Below the pieces are notes generated by a model, which was not told where the DNA came from, ran no database searches, and was given only the letters and a program-made list of their open reading frames with translations. The translations under genes and the position numbers were made by a program. Positions 26,981-35,539 of a stretch of 35,539 bases of DNA are shown here, piece by piece (position 1 is the stretch's first letter; each line of letters starts with the position of its first letter). This DNA comes from a virus (lineage: Duplodnaviria > Caudoviricetes): positions 1-35,539 of the IMG/VR virus record IMGVR_UViG_3300032170_000067; one strand, given 5' to 3'.

Positions 26981-28216
26981 TTAAGAAGTTATGTTATATC
27001 CGATTGCTACTACTGGTTCTGTGGCAATAGCATAAATAGGTGTAAATGCTCTTCGCATAGTTCCTAACAAACAATCCTGTTCACTTTCTGCATATAATTC
27101 TTGTAACAGTCTCATTCTTAGAGTTCTACGAGTTCCTGTGACAAAACCTCTTTTGAACACTAAGAATATAACTGTTTGTGTCATTGTAACACCATCATAA
27201 ACACCGCTTGCATTCAAATCCTCTCTAACAACACCACTTGTAATTATTGGAATACCATCCAATTTTCCTAATTCACCAGTAAGTATTGTTGCTCTTGGTC
27301 CGTATTTGTCCACAGTAATAACCTCTGCCAAACTTTTCATTTGGTTCCACCCAGATACACCAATAACGAATACTAAATCATTTATGAAAGTTCCATATTT
27401 GCCCATCTTTTTCTGTAGTTTTCCAATAGTTGCATAATCGAAAGTAGATAAATCTTCCTTCCAGTTATTTTCCAATGCTAACTTTCTATAACCTTTCCAC
27501 AGTTTCCTTCTGTCATCTGCCGAAGTAACATCACTATCTTGATGTGTTGCAGTTGTATCCCCATTAATAATTGCCTGTTCCATTGCTTCGTTTGCACTAT
27601 CAGCAATACCTTCTTTTATTAAAGGTAATACAGGAACAATACTATCTTCTTCTAAATAGTGTGAAACTAAAGTTCTTGTTCCAACACCCGCACCAGTCAT
27701 AGTAACTTTTCCAGTTGCGAATTTACTTATAGGAATTTTAGTTTGTCCTGTTGCTTCAACTTGTTCTTCTATTTTGTATGCAATCTGCTTTCCAACCTGT
27801 GCAGGAATTACATAAGGGTCTGATGGCATAGGAATATCTCTGTGTAGTGCAGGAATTCTATAAGCCAATTCAATCATCCTAATCAATTCTGCACTTAGAA
27901 TTGTAGGAATCCACTCTAAACCTTCACCAGCAGTTTGTGTATCTAACGCTTTTTGAAAATCTGGATACATTTTCAAATTTCTTGGGTCTGTCTTTAACAA
28001 CAAACCTGTTATGTATAAGTCATCTGATTTTTCCTGTAGAGCAATAACTTTTGCATCTGTAGAAGGTGTAGTTATCAATGCTTTAGCTGCTAACTGTTCT
28101 GGACCAAGTTTTGTAATGAATTCACCTTTACGAATTCCTTTCATCTTTTCTACAATAACACCATCAACTGCAGTTTTAATCAATTTTTCCAGTTCTTTTA
28201 AATCAATTTCACCCAT
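26981..28216 (-). CDS. Major capsid protein, HK97 fold
   Basis: GLEWIPT, AIINGD, GKLDGIPII; follows the prohead protease. Confidence 0.9.
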   Translation of the reverse strand: MGEIDLKELEKLIKTAVDGVIVEKMKGIRKGEFITKLGPEQLAAKALITTPSTDAKVIALQEKSDDLYITGLLLKTDPRNLKMYPDFQKALDTQTAGEGLEWIPTILSAELIRMIELAYRIPALHRDIPMPSDPYVIPAQVGKQIAYKIEEQVEATGQTKIPISKFATGKVTMTGAGVGTRTLVSHYLEEDSIVPVLPLIKEGIADSANEAMEQAIINGDTTATHQDSDVTSADDRRKLWKGYRKLALENNWKEDLSTFDYATIGKLQKKMGKYGTFINDLVFVIGVSGWNQMKSLAEVITVDKYGPRATILTGELGKLDGIPIITSGVVREDLNASGVYDGVTMTQTVIFLVFKRGFVTGTRRTLRMRLLQELYAESEQDCLLGTMRRAFTPIYAIATEPVVAIGYNITS

Positions 28217-28229
28217 ACTGATTTCCTCC

Positions 28230-29336
28230 TTATTCTAAAATTTTTTTCATACTCTCTTCAACTTTCTCTGTGACGAGTTTGACTATTAGTTCAGGAGTAA
28301 CTTCGGTTTTTACTTTCTTTTTGTCATCGGTCTGACCAGGAAGTAAATTGACTAAACCGTTTATCTTATCACTAACTTCAGATAGGTCTCCTTCATCTTT
28401 GATAAGCATTTTTACATAGTTTTCTATTGAAATTATATTTTGTGTAAATCTAAGATTTTCAAAGTATTCTTTTTCTCCTTCCTTCCACTCAATTTCTGTC
28501 CAATGAACTCCTTCCTTCCATTCTGGTGGTTCTTTATCACAATCTTTGTAATGTTTTGCTGCGTGGTTGTAACAACCTTTTTTCTCATCAGTTGGAATAT
28601 CAACACCACCACGAGCACCAAACAAAACACCCATTGCTGCTCTAATTCCGTTCCAAACTAAAGAATGATTTCCACTTGATTTGTGATGTGGTAATTTGTA
28701 TGAACCTTTAACATCTGCATTTTCCGCGTCATACCACAAACACATTATTTTCAAATCTGCAACTTCTGCTTCACGAACTTCAGCTGTCGCATCCCAGGGT
28801 TCCTCTAATGGAGCAACTGGTGTCTTTTTATATGGAATTACTTTTTTAACTTCAACTTTCTCTTCTCTCATACTTTTAATCGTCTGAATTTCTGCTAAAC
28901 TCATAGCAGGGAATGTAACTGGACTGATGTCATAAACTTTTATTTCCTTTAAGTATTTAATACCTTTATCTTCGTCATCTTCAAAATCAATTAACTTATA
29001 CCCAAATGACAGTTTATTAACAATCTTTTCTTTTATTAATGCAATTGCCTCTCTACCGTCCTGTGTGTTTTTAGTTATCTGTGCTTTTATGAACAACCCT
29101 TTCTCATCTTCAAAAACTCTAAGCGGTAATCCTATTGGAATCTCCCAAGTGTGTTGCCATAGAATTTTTCCTTCTTTTCTGAAGAAACTTAAATGCTTCT
29201 TAAATGCACCAGGTAGAACAACCTCATTATAACTATCAACTTTGTTGAATATTGAAGCATAACCTTCGAAAATTCCTTGTTCTACATCAAATTTGAAATC
29301 CTGTAACTCTAATGTTTTTCTTAGTACTTCACCCAT
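28230..29336 (-). CDS. HK97-type prohead protease with an extra C-terminal domain
   Basis: FEGYASIF, GAF, LWQH, LSFGY, DISPVTFPA. Confidence 0.9.
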   Translation of the reverse strand: MGEVLRKTLELQDFKFDVEQGIFEGYASIFNKVDSYNEVVLPGAFKKHLSFFRKEGKILWQHTWEIPIGLPLRVFEDEKGLFIKAQITKNTQDGREAIALIKEKIVNKLSFGYKLIDFEDDEDKGIKYLKEIKVYDISPVTFPAMSLAEIQTIKSMREEKVEVKKVIPYKKTPVAPLEEPWDATAEVREAEVADLKIMCLWYDAENADVKGSYKLPHHKSSGNHSLVWNGIRAAMGVLFGARGGVDIPTDEKKGCYNHAAKHYKDCDKEPPEWKEGVHWTEIEWKEGEKEYFENLRFTQNIISIENYVKMLIKDEGDLSEVSDKINGLVNLLPGQTDDKKKVKTEVTPELIVKLVTEKVEESMKKILE

Positions 29337-29360
29337 TTAAACCTCCTTTTTTAGTATTTT

Positions 29361-31592
29361 TTAAATTTCAGTAAATGGAACACATACGCAGGTACAGAAT
29401 GGATGTGCTGGTTCGTGTTTATGACCTGATGGAAATGATTTTCCAATTTCTACAGTAACACCATCATTTAATTCACATTGATGGTACGTGCAAGGCCCAC
29501 CCCCGTAAATCCAGGTATGGTGTGTAATTTTCATTTCTTCCATACCTTTCATATTTCCTTCACCATATGCAAAAGCAGTTTCAGTTCTTGCAATCCCTTC
29601 TGATTTTGATTTTGTAATATTTCCAAATACATTTTTAACTCTTTCACTTAATTCTGGAATTCCCTCACCTTCCTTAATACCTGCTTTTAATTCATCTTTT
29701 AAATGCTTTTCAACATCTTTATAAAATACCTTCATACCTTTTGAGAAATTTTTACCAATGTTTTCTACCGATGCAATAACCCAGGGAGATGTAACATCAA
29801 AATCGATTGTAATGCCAACTAAATCAATTGAATTCATAACACCTGCTTTTAATGATTTTTCCAATAAGAATTTATTTTCTGTATACATCATTAGTTCTTC
29901 ATCATAAGTTAGTAACCAATCAGTAAAATCGTATTGTTTAGTAAATTCTTTACTTGCTGCCTCAAAACTCCCACCTTTTTTCTTACAGTGGTTTTTTGCT
30001 GATGTTTCTGTCCAAATTTTCTTAGGGTATCTCATAGATTGAAGTTCTGATACTCCTTCTTTAATACCAAAAATGAAATCAATACATTTGCCATCTACTT
30101 TAGCAAAACAATTCTTTCTTGCAAACCTATCATATTTACCTGGATCTTCTAATCTACAAGCGTGCTCATTTGGAAAAGGTTTTTCAAGAAGACTCTTTTT
30201 ACCCTCCATTCGTCCTATAACTAAATTCGCTTGTTCCTTTAAAACTATACCAACATTTTTCATAAACTCTTTTCGTATCTTTTTTAGTCTTCTATCTCTG
30301 TTTCGTATTAACGTTTCCCACATTTGTTTTTTAGAAAATACAAAATATTTCTTGCTCGATTTTGGTTCCTCAATCGCTGGCTCAGTAAACATCAAATTTA
30401 AAGGCATCGGCCATCTATTACCCCAGGGAACTGGTGGCCAGTTTTCCTTAGCCCTTGCTTGATTAATTAACATAAATCCACTTTTGATTCCTTTATCATA
30501 CATTTCATATCTTGTTTTCTCATCTGCTTTTAGAACAGCGTCCATTAAAAACTCAACATACAAATTGGAATCTGCGTATTGTCTAAATTGTGGAATCAAA
30601 AATTTGTCCACATTTTCTTCATACATATTAACTCTTGGTCTTATTCCTTGTGTATACCAGATTCTTCTTTGTTCAAAAACATTTGCGTAGTTTGCATATT
30701 CAAGTAAACCAACCATAGCAGGTGGAATATCATATATTGCACACACCTCCTCTCTACTCATTTTTCTCTGTTTTATGAACTGTGCGTCCTGTTGTGTCAT
30801 TCCTATATCTTTTGCTTTTAAACCACCTTCTAATATTGCAGTTCTATGTGCTTTTTTTATACCTCTGTGTGCTTTTGCCCATCTTTGTTGTAGTCTTAGC
30901 CACTCTGTATCTGATAATGACCCAGGGTATTCTAAAACTGTACCTGGCATTTCTCCAGATTTAAAAAACTCTTCTGCGTGTTCCTGAGCATATCTGTCAA
31001 GTAAAACGCTTCGTCTTGCGGCACTAATAGGAGATAAACCATAATAATCATCAATTGGATTCCCTAATTTTAGATGAATAATTTCGTCTGCATTAAATTT
31101 AATGTCTTTTAAATTAACTGTATAAATATATCCCTTTATATACTTCTTTGGGTCTGGAACTATTTTCATTCTATCTGGTCTTAATACATATATTTCAACT
31201 GGTAGTCCAAAAGCATTTCTAACAATTTCCCAATACGCGTTTCCTGTTAGTTCCAAACATAACTCTGTTATATACCAAAAATTGTAACGAGTTTGATATG
31301 GGTTTGGATTTTTGAGTAAACGAGAAACTCTGTTATCTACTTCTATTCTTCCTTTGTCTGTTTTTTGATAAACTTTTAGTGGTAGGCTGGCAACCGCTTT
31401 CGCATTTTTATCAACACAAATATAAACCCAAGTATCAGTTGCGAATGTTTTCGCATATTGTTTTAAAGTAGTTAGTTTTGTAGGATCTGTTAAGCCGTGT
31501 TCTACTTCTCTATAAATAACTGGAAAAGTTTGAGATGCTTTTTCCTCTAACTTACCAGTAAGTAAAATTTTTAATCTATCTTTTAATTTCAT
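29361..31592 (-). CDS. HK97-family portal fused to a MuF-like minor head domain
   Basis: LLKNPNP, TGNAY, YYGLSP, ILEGG, INQAR; C-terminal IARTET...HPFCTC. Confidence 0.9.
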   Translation of the reverse strand: MKLKDRLKILLTGKLEEKASQTFPVIYREVEHGLTDPTKLTTLKQYAKTFATDTWVYICVDKNAKAVASLPLKVYQKTDKGRIEVDNRVSRLLKNPNPYQTRYNFWYITELCLELTGNAYWEIVRNAFGLPVEIYVLRPDRMKIVPDPKKYIKGYIYTVNLKDIKFNADEIIHLKLGNPIDDYYGLSPISAARRSVLLDRYAQEHAEEFFKSGEMPGTVLEYPGSLSDTEWLRLQQRWAKAHRGIKKAHRTAILEGGLKAKDIGMTQQDAQFIKQRKMSREEVCAIYDIPPAMVGLLEYANYANVFEQRRIWYTQGIRPRVNMYEENVDKFLIPQFRQYADSNLYVEFLMDAVLKADEKTRYEMYDKGIKSGFMLINQARAKENWPPVPWGNRWPMPLNLMFTEPAIEEPKSSKKYFVFSKKQMWETLIRNRDRRLKKIRKEFMKNVGIVLKEQANLVIGRMEGKKSLLEKPFPNEHACRLEDPGKYDRFARKNCFAKVDGKCIDFIFGIKEGVSELQSMRYPKKIWTETSAKNHCKKKGGSFEAASKEFTKQYDFTDWLLTYDEELMMYTENKFLLEKSLKAGVMNSIDLVGITIDFDVTSPWVIASVENIGKNFSKGMKVFYKDVEKHLKDELKAGIKEGEGIPELSERVKNVFGNITKSKSEGIARTETAFAYGEGNMKGMEEMKITHHTWIYGGGPCTYHQCELNDGVTVEIGKSFPSGHKHEPAHPFCTCVCVPFTEI

Positions 31593-32899
31593 TAAATCAC
31601 CCTAATATTAGGTTTTCCCATTTTAAAATTTACAATTAATTCCCTAATTGCATCTGGTCCGTGATCATCAATATCTGCTGGTATTTCTTTTAATGTTTTT
31701 GTTTTTTTATACTGATAATTTTCCATTTCCTCAGTAAACTGAGGACATCTAACTGTATTTACAAATAGTCTTCGAGCCCCTGGTTTTAATAGTTGCCTAA
31801 CCAACTCAAATCCTAATCTTATCTCAGTCTGTTGGCCTCTAATGTAAAAACCGTGTTTTCTCATTTCTGCAATTGCCTCTGGTTTTGAGATGTCTCCGTA
31901 GGATCCATCTTCTTTTTTATATTTGTTCAAATCTATATATTCTCTAACATATTTGCCAAATTCATTATGGGTTAAATGAGTTCTGTAAATCTCGCCAACC
32001 ACATAAAAATTCTCATCCTTAATATGCACAAAAAGACAAACTGCTGGAGTTATAAAGCCAAAGTCAAAAGTTACATATAAAGGCAAATCAGGTGAGTATT
32101 CCATATCAGTATAATTTAACTGTGGACTAAAATTTTTATAAATCCTACCCACAAAAGTTAAAAATCCTGCTTCATATTCCTGCTTAAAAGCATCCTGCGA
32201 TAAATCCTCTTTTGCAGCTTTAATTTCATCTTTATCCAAATGTGGGTTATCTATTGATTTGCAAAAAAATGATTTCCAACGAGGATTATCTTTTTTTAAT
32301 CCTTTTTTATGAAGTTTGAATGTCCAATTTCTTCCCTTAGGAGTAGTAGTGAATGCTGCTATTCCGATTTTATCAGTTAGACGTTGCCTGATATTTCGTT
32401 CCCAAACTTCCTCATTCATAGTTGCTGCTTCAACTAATAAAACCCAGTCTAATGATTCACCACCCAATTTAGTGATATCTTTACCTGATTTAACATCGCA
32501 AGTTGAAATTCCATTAACTCCCTCAATTTTGAAATACATTTTTCCTGTTTTTGGTGAATTTGACAGATTTTCAAAAGCAAATCCCTGATCTTGAAAACTT
32601 TCTAAAATGTAGTGAAATTCAAACTGTCCTAATTCATAAATTGAGGAAATGATCCAACCTTTAGTTCCTCCGTATAAAATCATTGGTTCTACATCTCGAG
32701 CTGATGATAATGATTTACCTGATTTAACTCCAGCGTGCCAAACTCGAAATCGCTTGTTTGAATTATGAAATTTTAATTGAGTTGGTTCCCACGGTTTATA
32801 ACCTATTCTTTCAAAGTACTTTTGTTTCCTAGTTAAGATTTCTCCAGAAGCTTTTTGATTTAAATATTTATATAATTCATAACCTTGTAATTTATTCAT
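31592..32899 (-). CDS. terL: Terminase large subunit
   Basis: GVKSGKS Walker A, TTTPKG, SIDNPHL, QEYEA, DFGF, DDHGPDA. Confidence 0.92.
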   Translation of the reverse strand: MNKLQGYELYKYLNQKASGEILTRKQKYFERIGYKPWEPTQLKFHNSNKRFRVWHAGVKSGKSLSSARDVEPMILYGGTKGWIISSIYELGQFEFHYILESFQDQGFAFENLSNSPKTGKMYFKIEGVNGISTCDVKSGKDITKLGGESLDWVLLVEAATMNEEVWERNIRQRLTDKIGIAAFTTTPKGRNWTFKLHKKGLKKDNPRWKSFFCKSIDNPHLDKDEIKAAKEDLSQDAFKQEYEAGFLTFVGRIYKNFSPQLNYTDMEYSPDLPLYVTFDFGFITPAVCLFVHIKDENFYVVGEIYRTHLTHNEFGKYVREYIDLNKYKKEDGSYGDISKPEAIAEMRKHGFYIRGQQTEIRLGFELVRQLLKPGARRLFVNTVRCPQFTEEMENYQYKKTKTLKEIPADIDDHGPDAIRELIVNFKMGKPNIRVI

Positions 32900-33185
32900 T
32901 AAAAATCGGATAAATTTTTAAAATATTTATAAGATAATCATCACAGTTCTATCTTTTTAGCGATTTTTTACCCATACCCCCTTTCTAAAATACCTGATAA
33001 AATAATATGCCAAGTTTACATAATGTATATTATCGGAACTTGTTTTCATTAATATATAAATATAATCTAATTAGGATTTATATCAAATTTATATAATATG
33101 ATATCCTTTTATCAGGATTTATATTAACCCATTATTCACCCTTTAAAAGATGAATACATAATATTCACCCTTAAAATAGTGAACA

Positions 33186-33599
33186 TTATAATTTCATTAC
33201 CTTTCCACCATCTCGATCTGCTCTCTCCATTGATTCCCCTAATATTCCTTTCATTACTGTTATTTGTTTTTTCTCTAAAACTATTGATACATTAGGTGGT
33301 TGCAATCCAAAAGTTCTCAATATATAAACTGCAGCTTTGAAACTTGTTTTCTCATTACTACTTTTCAATAATTTAGCCATTTTATTTGCTGCTGGAATCA
33401 AAGCTGCCCTTAAAATCCTCTTAGCTTCAATAATCATTACGTCTTTTATTTTTTTCCAATAATGGATAACTTCAGGTTCTTTAAACCATTTTCGGATTGT
33501 CCTGTCAGATACGTGTAATTCTTCAGCAATATCTTTTATTTGCCAAGCCATAGCTCTCAATTCAAGTGCTTTAAATTTTCTATTAGGTATATCTGGCAT
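33186..33599 (-). CDS. Probable terminase small subunit (HTH); start revised to ATG 33599
   Basis: IAEELHVSDRTIRKWFKEP; upstream of terL; GGAGG at 33608-33604. Confidence 0.7.
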   Translation of the reverse strand: MPDIPNRKFKALELRAMAWQIKDIAEELHVSDRTIRKWFKEPEVIHYWKKIKDVMIIEAKRILRAALIPAANKMAKLLKSSNEKTSFKAAVYILRTFGLQPPNVSIVLEKKQITVMKGILGESMERADRDGGKVMKL

Positions 33600-33612
33600 A
33601 TTTTCCTCCAAT

Positions 33613-33637
33613 AAAAAAAGAGCCCTTTCGGACTCTC
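33613..33637 (-). terminator. Intrinsic terminator immediately before the terminase RBS
   Basis: GAGAGUCC-GAAA-GGGCUCUU followed by a U-run. Confidence 0.8.
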
Positions 33638-33681
33638 AATCTTAATTTTTATTTCTTTAGATACCTCTAGATCATGGTAAA

Positions 33682-33711
33682 AACATAGCACTTTTTGTTG
33701 TCATTTGTCAA
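33682..33711 (-). promoter_or_regulatory. Candidate late promoter
   Basis: TTGACA, 18-bp spacer, TG-C-TATGTT (extended -10). Confidence 0.55.
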
Positions 33712-33712
33712 G

Positions 33713-33961
33713 TCACTTAATTCCATCAGGTAATTTATCGAACCCTGTTTTTCTTAATATTTTCCTCGTAATATAATTAATTTCTCTATTTATTTCATTT
33801 CTAAAATCAAAAAGTTTTATATTTATAAGTTCTCTACTTTTCGGTGTTATCTTAGTAATAATAGCGATATAACCTAATTTAGATGGGTGTCTAATAACTT
33901 CATTAAGTATATCATAGGCTTCTCTTAATTCATCAACTGGATCTTGTTTTTTTTCCCTCAA
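33713..33961 (-). CDS. Hypothetical protein
   Basis: GGAG RBS, TTG start. Confidence 0.6.
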   Translation of the reverse strand: MREKKQDPVDELREAYDILNEVIRHPSKLGYIAIITKITPKSRELINIKLFDFRNEINREINYITRKILRKTGFDKLPDGIK

Positions 33962-33974
33962 ATATTTACTCCAT

Positions 33975-34022
33975 AAAAAAAGAGGAATTCTAAGAGCTTC
34001 ATTCTCACTCCTAAAATTCCTC
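33975..34022 (-). terminator. Intrinsic terminator
   Basis: GAGGAATT...AATTCCTC long stem plus T7. Confidence 0.7.
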
Positions 34023-34070
34023 CAATTATTTGGTCAGAATTATCTTTTATTTATCTATTTATTTATCATT

Positions 34071-34283
34071 TTATTCATCATTTTTAAATGCAGGTTTAAG
34101 CGAAGTTTCTATTCTCGCTATGGTTGGATATCCGTCTTGAACTTTTATTGTTAAAGTGAAATAACCGTTGCGATTTATTTCCTCTCTTTTTTCTTTTACT
34201 AAATTTATAATTCTTTCTGCTGTTGTTTTCAATTCAACCTTTTCTATTCTTTTTTTAATTCTTTCTGCTTTTGTTTTTTTCAT
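34071..34283 (-). CDS. Small hypothetical protein
   Basis: ORF track; GYFTLTIKVQDG beta-hairpin. Confidence 0.6.
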   Translation of the reverse strand: MKKTKAERIKKRIEKVELKTTAERIINLVKEKREEINRNGYFTLTIKVQDGYPTIARIETSLKPAFKNDE

Positions 34284-34485
34284 ATTTTATAGCCATCTAT
34301 CTAAAGTAATAAAAATATAAAATACAAGAAATAATAACATAATAAATATGATAATAAAAATTAAAATTATCCATTCCAATAAGCTCATTTTTCTCCATTG
34401 TTATTTTTTAATATATTCTATCAGGAAAAACGCACAGAAATAGCCTTTAAACTCATTTTAAAAGACTAATTAATATAAATGTATA

Positions 34486-34629
34486 TTAATTTTTCCTTTT
34501 TCTCTTTTCAAAATCCTTATTTATTTGTTTTAAATTTATTTCAAATATTTTTTTATTTAATCTATCAATCTCATGCATCAAAATAACTATTGCTATTATA
34601 GATAATGCTAAAAGAATTTTTACAATCAT
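34486..34629 (-). CDS. Small membrane-anchored protein, 47 aa (not in ORF track)
   Basis: MIVKILLALSIIAIVILMHEIDRL...; GAGG RBS; ATGA overlap. Confidence 0.55.
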   Translation of the reverse strand: MIVKILLALSIIAIVILMHEIDRLNKKIFEINLKQINKDFEKRKRKN

Positions 34630-35051
34630 TTTTCTTCCTCTGCTAAAGTTTCACCAAAAAGTGAAGTTCTGACACTTTGAAAAGCATCAATACTGCATCT
34701 TTCTATTAATTTATCCTCTTTAGTTCTAGAATTTTTTAATTTTTTTCGCCCATATCTAATACATTTATCTAAATAATTTTTAATAGAGGTTGAATTTATT
34801 GGGATTGTATTTGGTTTTGGTCCTGCTTCAGTTTTAGGTTGAAATCCTTTTAATATTTTTCTTTTTTCTTCTACTAAACCTTCAAAACATTTCCATAATT
34901 CTTTTAATTTTGAAAAATTTATCTTATTTATATCTATTCCTTCAAATATAATTGCATAATTACCATTTTTTAATTCTTCTATCCTAATAATCTTTCCATT
35001 TGATAATTTTATTAATAATTTTGCTGTTTTGACTATTTTTAAAAATGTTAT
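34626..35051 (-). CDS. 141-codon ORF starting at ATA (not in ORF track)
   Basis: GGAGG-AAAA-ATA, then a stop-free frame TFLKIVKTAKLL...YLDKCIRY...DAFQSVRTSLFGETLAEEEK*. Confidence 0.65.
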   Translation of the reverse strand: MTFLKIVKTAKLLIKLSNGKIIRIEELKNGNYAIIFEGIDINKINFSKLKELWKCFEGLVEEKRKILKGFQPKTEAGPKPNTIPINSTSIKNYLDKCIRYGRKKLKNSRTKEDKLIERCSIDAFQSVRTSLFGETLAEEEK

Positions 35052-35323
35052 TTTTCCTCCTTTTTTAATATATATTTAGCTTCTTTTATTATAGCTCTTT
35101 CAAATGCTTCTCTTTTTTCATCATCAGTAAGTGGTTTTTTATCCAACTGTTTTGCATACCATCTATAATCATCTAATAAAGTTGGATTTTTAATTAACTT
35201 TATTAAAAATTTTATTTTTATTCTATAGCGAATTATTATAATTATCTGAATGGTTATTAAGAACACTAGGATCAAAAGAGCTACTTTTATGTTTATTTTT
35301 CTTCTCCTTTCGATTAAATTCAT
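35048..35323 (-). CDS. Membrane-anchored hypothetical protein
   Basis: TM segment; the three allele differences within its first 15 codons are synonymous. Confidence 0.7.
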   Translation of the reverse strand: MNLIERRRKINIKVALLILVFLITIQIIIIIRYRIKIKFLIKLIKNPTLLDDYRWYAKQLDKKPLTDDEKREAFERAIIKEAKYILKKEEK

Positions 35324-35539
35324 AACTAATTAAATTTGTAGTGATAATAACTCTTTTTGCTTTCAAAACAGCTTTTATCATGTTAATTTTTTCTCTAATT
35401 TCTGAAAATAAATCATTTATTTCTTTAGATAATTCTATATATACTTCCCTTCTACCATTTTCCAAATTATCTATAGCCATTTTCAAATCAAGTATATAAT
35501 CAATTTCTCCTAATCTTTCTTCAAGTTTTAAAGCTCTTT
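35223..35539 (-). CDS. Hypothetical protein whose 5' end lies across the circular junction (ATG at 283)
   Basis: Frame continues through the 55-bp overlap. Confidence 0.7.
   Translation of the reverse strand, partial: RALKLEERLGEIDYILDLKMAIDNLENGRREVYIELSKEINDLFSEIREKINMIKAVLKAKRVIITTNLISYEFNRKEKKNKHKSSSFDPSVLNNHSDNYNNSL
35279..35539 (+). repeat. Terminal direct repeat, right copy
   Basis: See 1-261. Confidence 0.95.

Larger units (their letters stand above)
1..35539 (-). mobile_element. Near-complete circular siphovirus genome (HK97-like head, non-contractile tail), probably temperate
   Basis: Full terminase-portal-protease-capsid-neck-tail-lysis order plus a replication block; terminal redundancy; no host housekeeping genes. 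Confidence 0.95.

Noticed and set aside
2905-32588. All plus-strand ORFs in the track, and nested minus-strand ORFs 16528-16719 and 28433-28630
   Set aside because: They are shadows of well-supported genes, with Phe/Ser/Leu-biased composition and no recognisable motifs.
1-35539. Alternative genetic code or tRNA genes
   Set aside because: Long genes are intact in code 11 with all three stops used, and no cloverleaf was recognised in the intergenic gaps.

Overview
The window is an essentially complete, AT-rich siphovirus genome, circular at about 35,278 bp. Positions 1-261 repeat at 35279-35539: the last 55 bp match exactly and the first 206 bp differ at about 23 positions. Every credible gene is on the minus strand. 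In transcription order the genes are terminase, a portal-MuF fusion, HK97-type protease and capsid, neck, tail (with a -1 frameshifted chaperone), lysis, a strong promoter driving small accessory genes, an IS110-family recombinase, and a recombination/replication/DNA-modification block. No tyrosine or serine integrase and no CI-type repressor is recognisable. The main finding is at the position where an integrase normally sits. An intact IS110 (DEDD) recombinase (10848-11930) is preceded by a readable two-loop bridge RNA (about 11957-12116). Its donor guides match an intact, unrecombined donor site AGAATAT-CT-TGTAT 18 bp past the recombinase stop codon (10816-10829), and its target guides spell AAAATAA-CT-GGAAT. 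An inserted IS would carry split hybrid junctions rather than an intact donor. The simplest reading is a phage that uses an RNA-guided bridge recombinase as its integrase, with the donor as attP. This is an inference from sequence and is not demonstrated. All protein calls come from motif recognition by eye.
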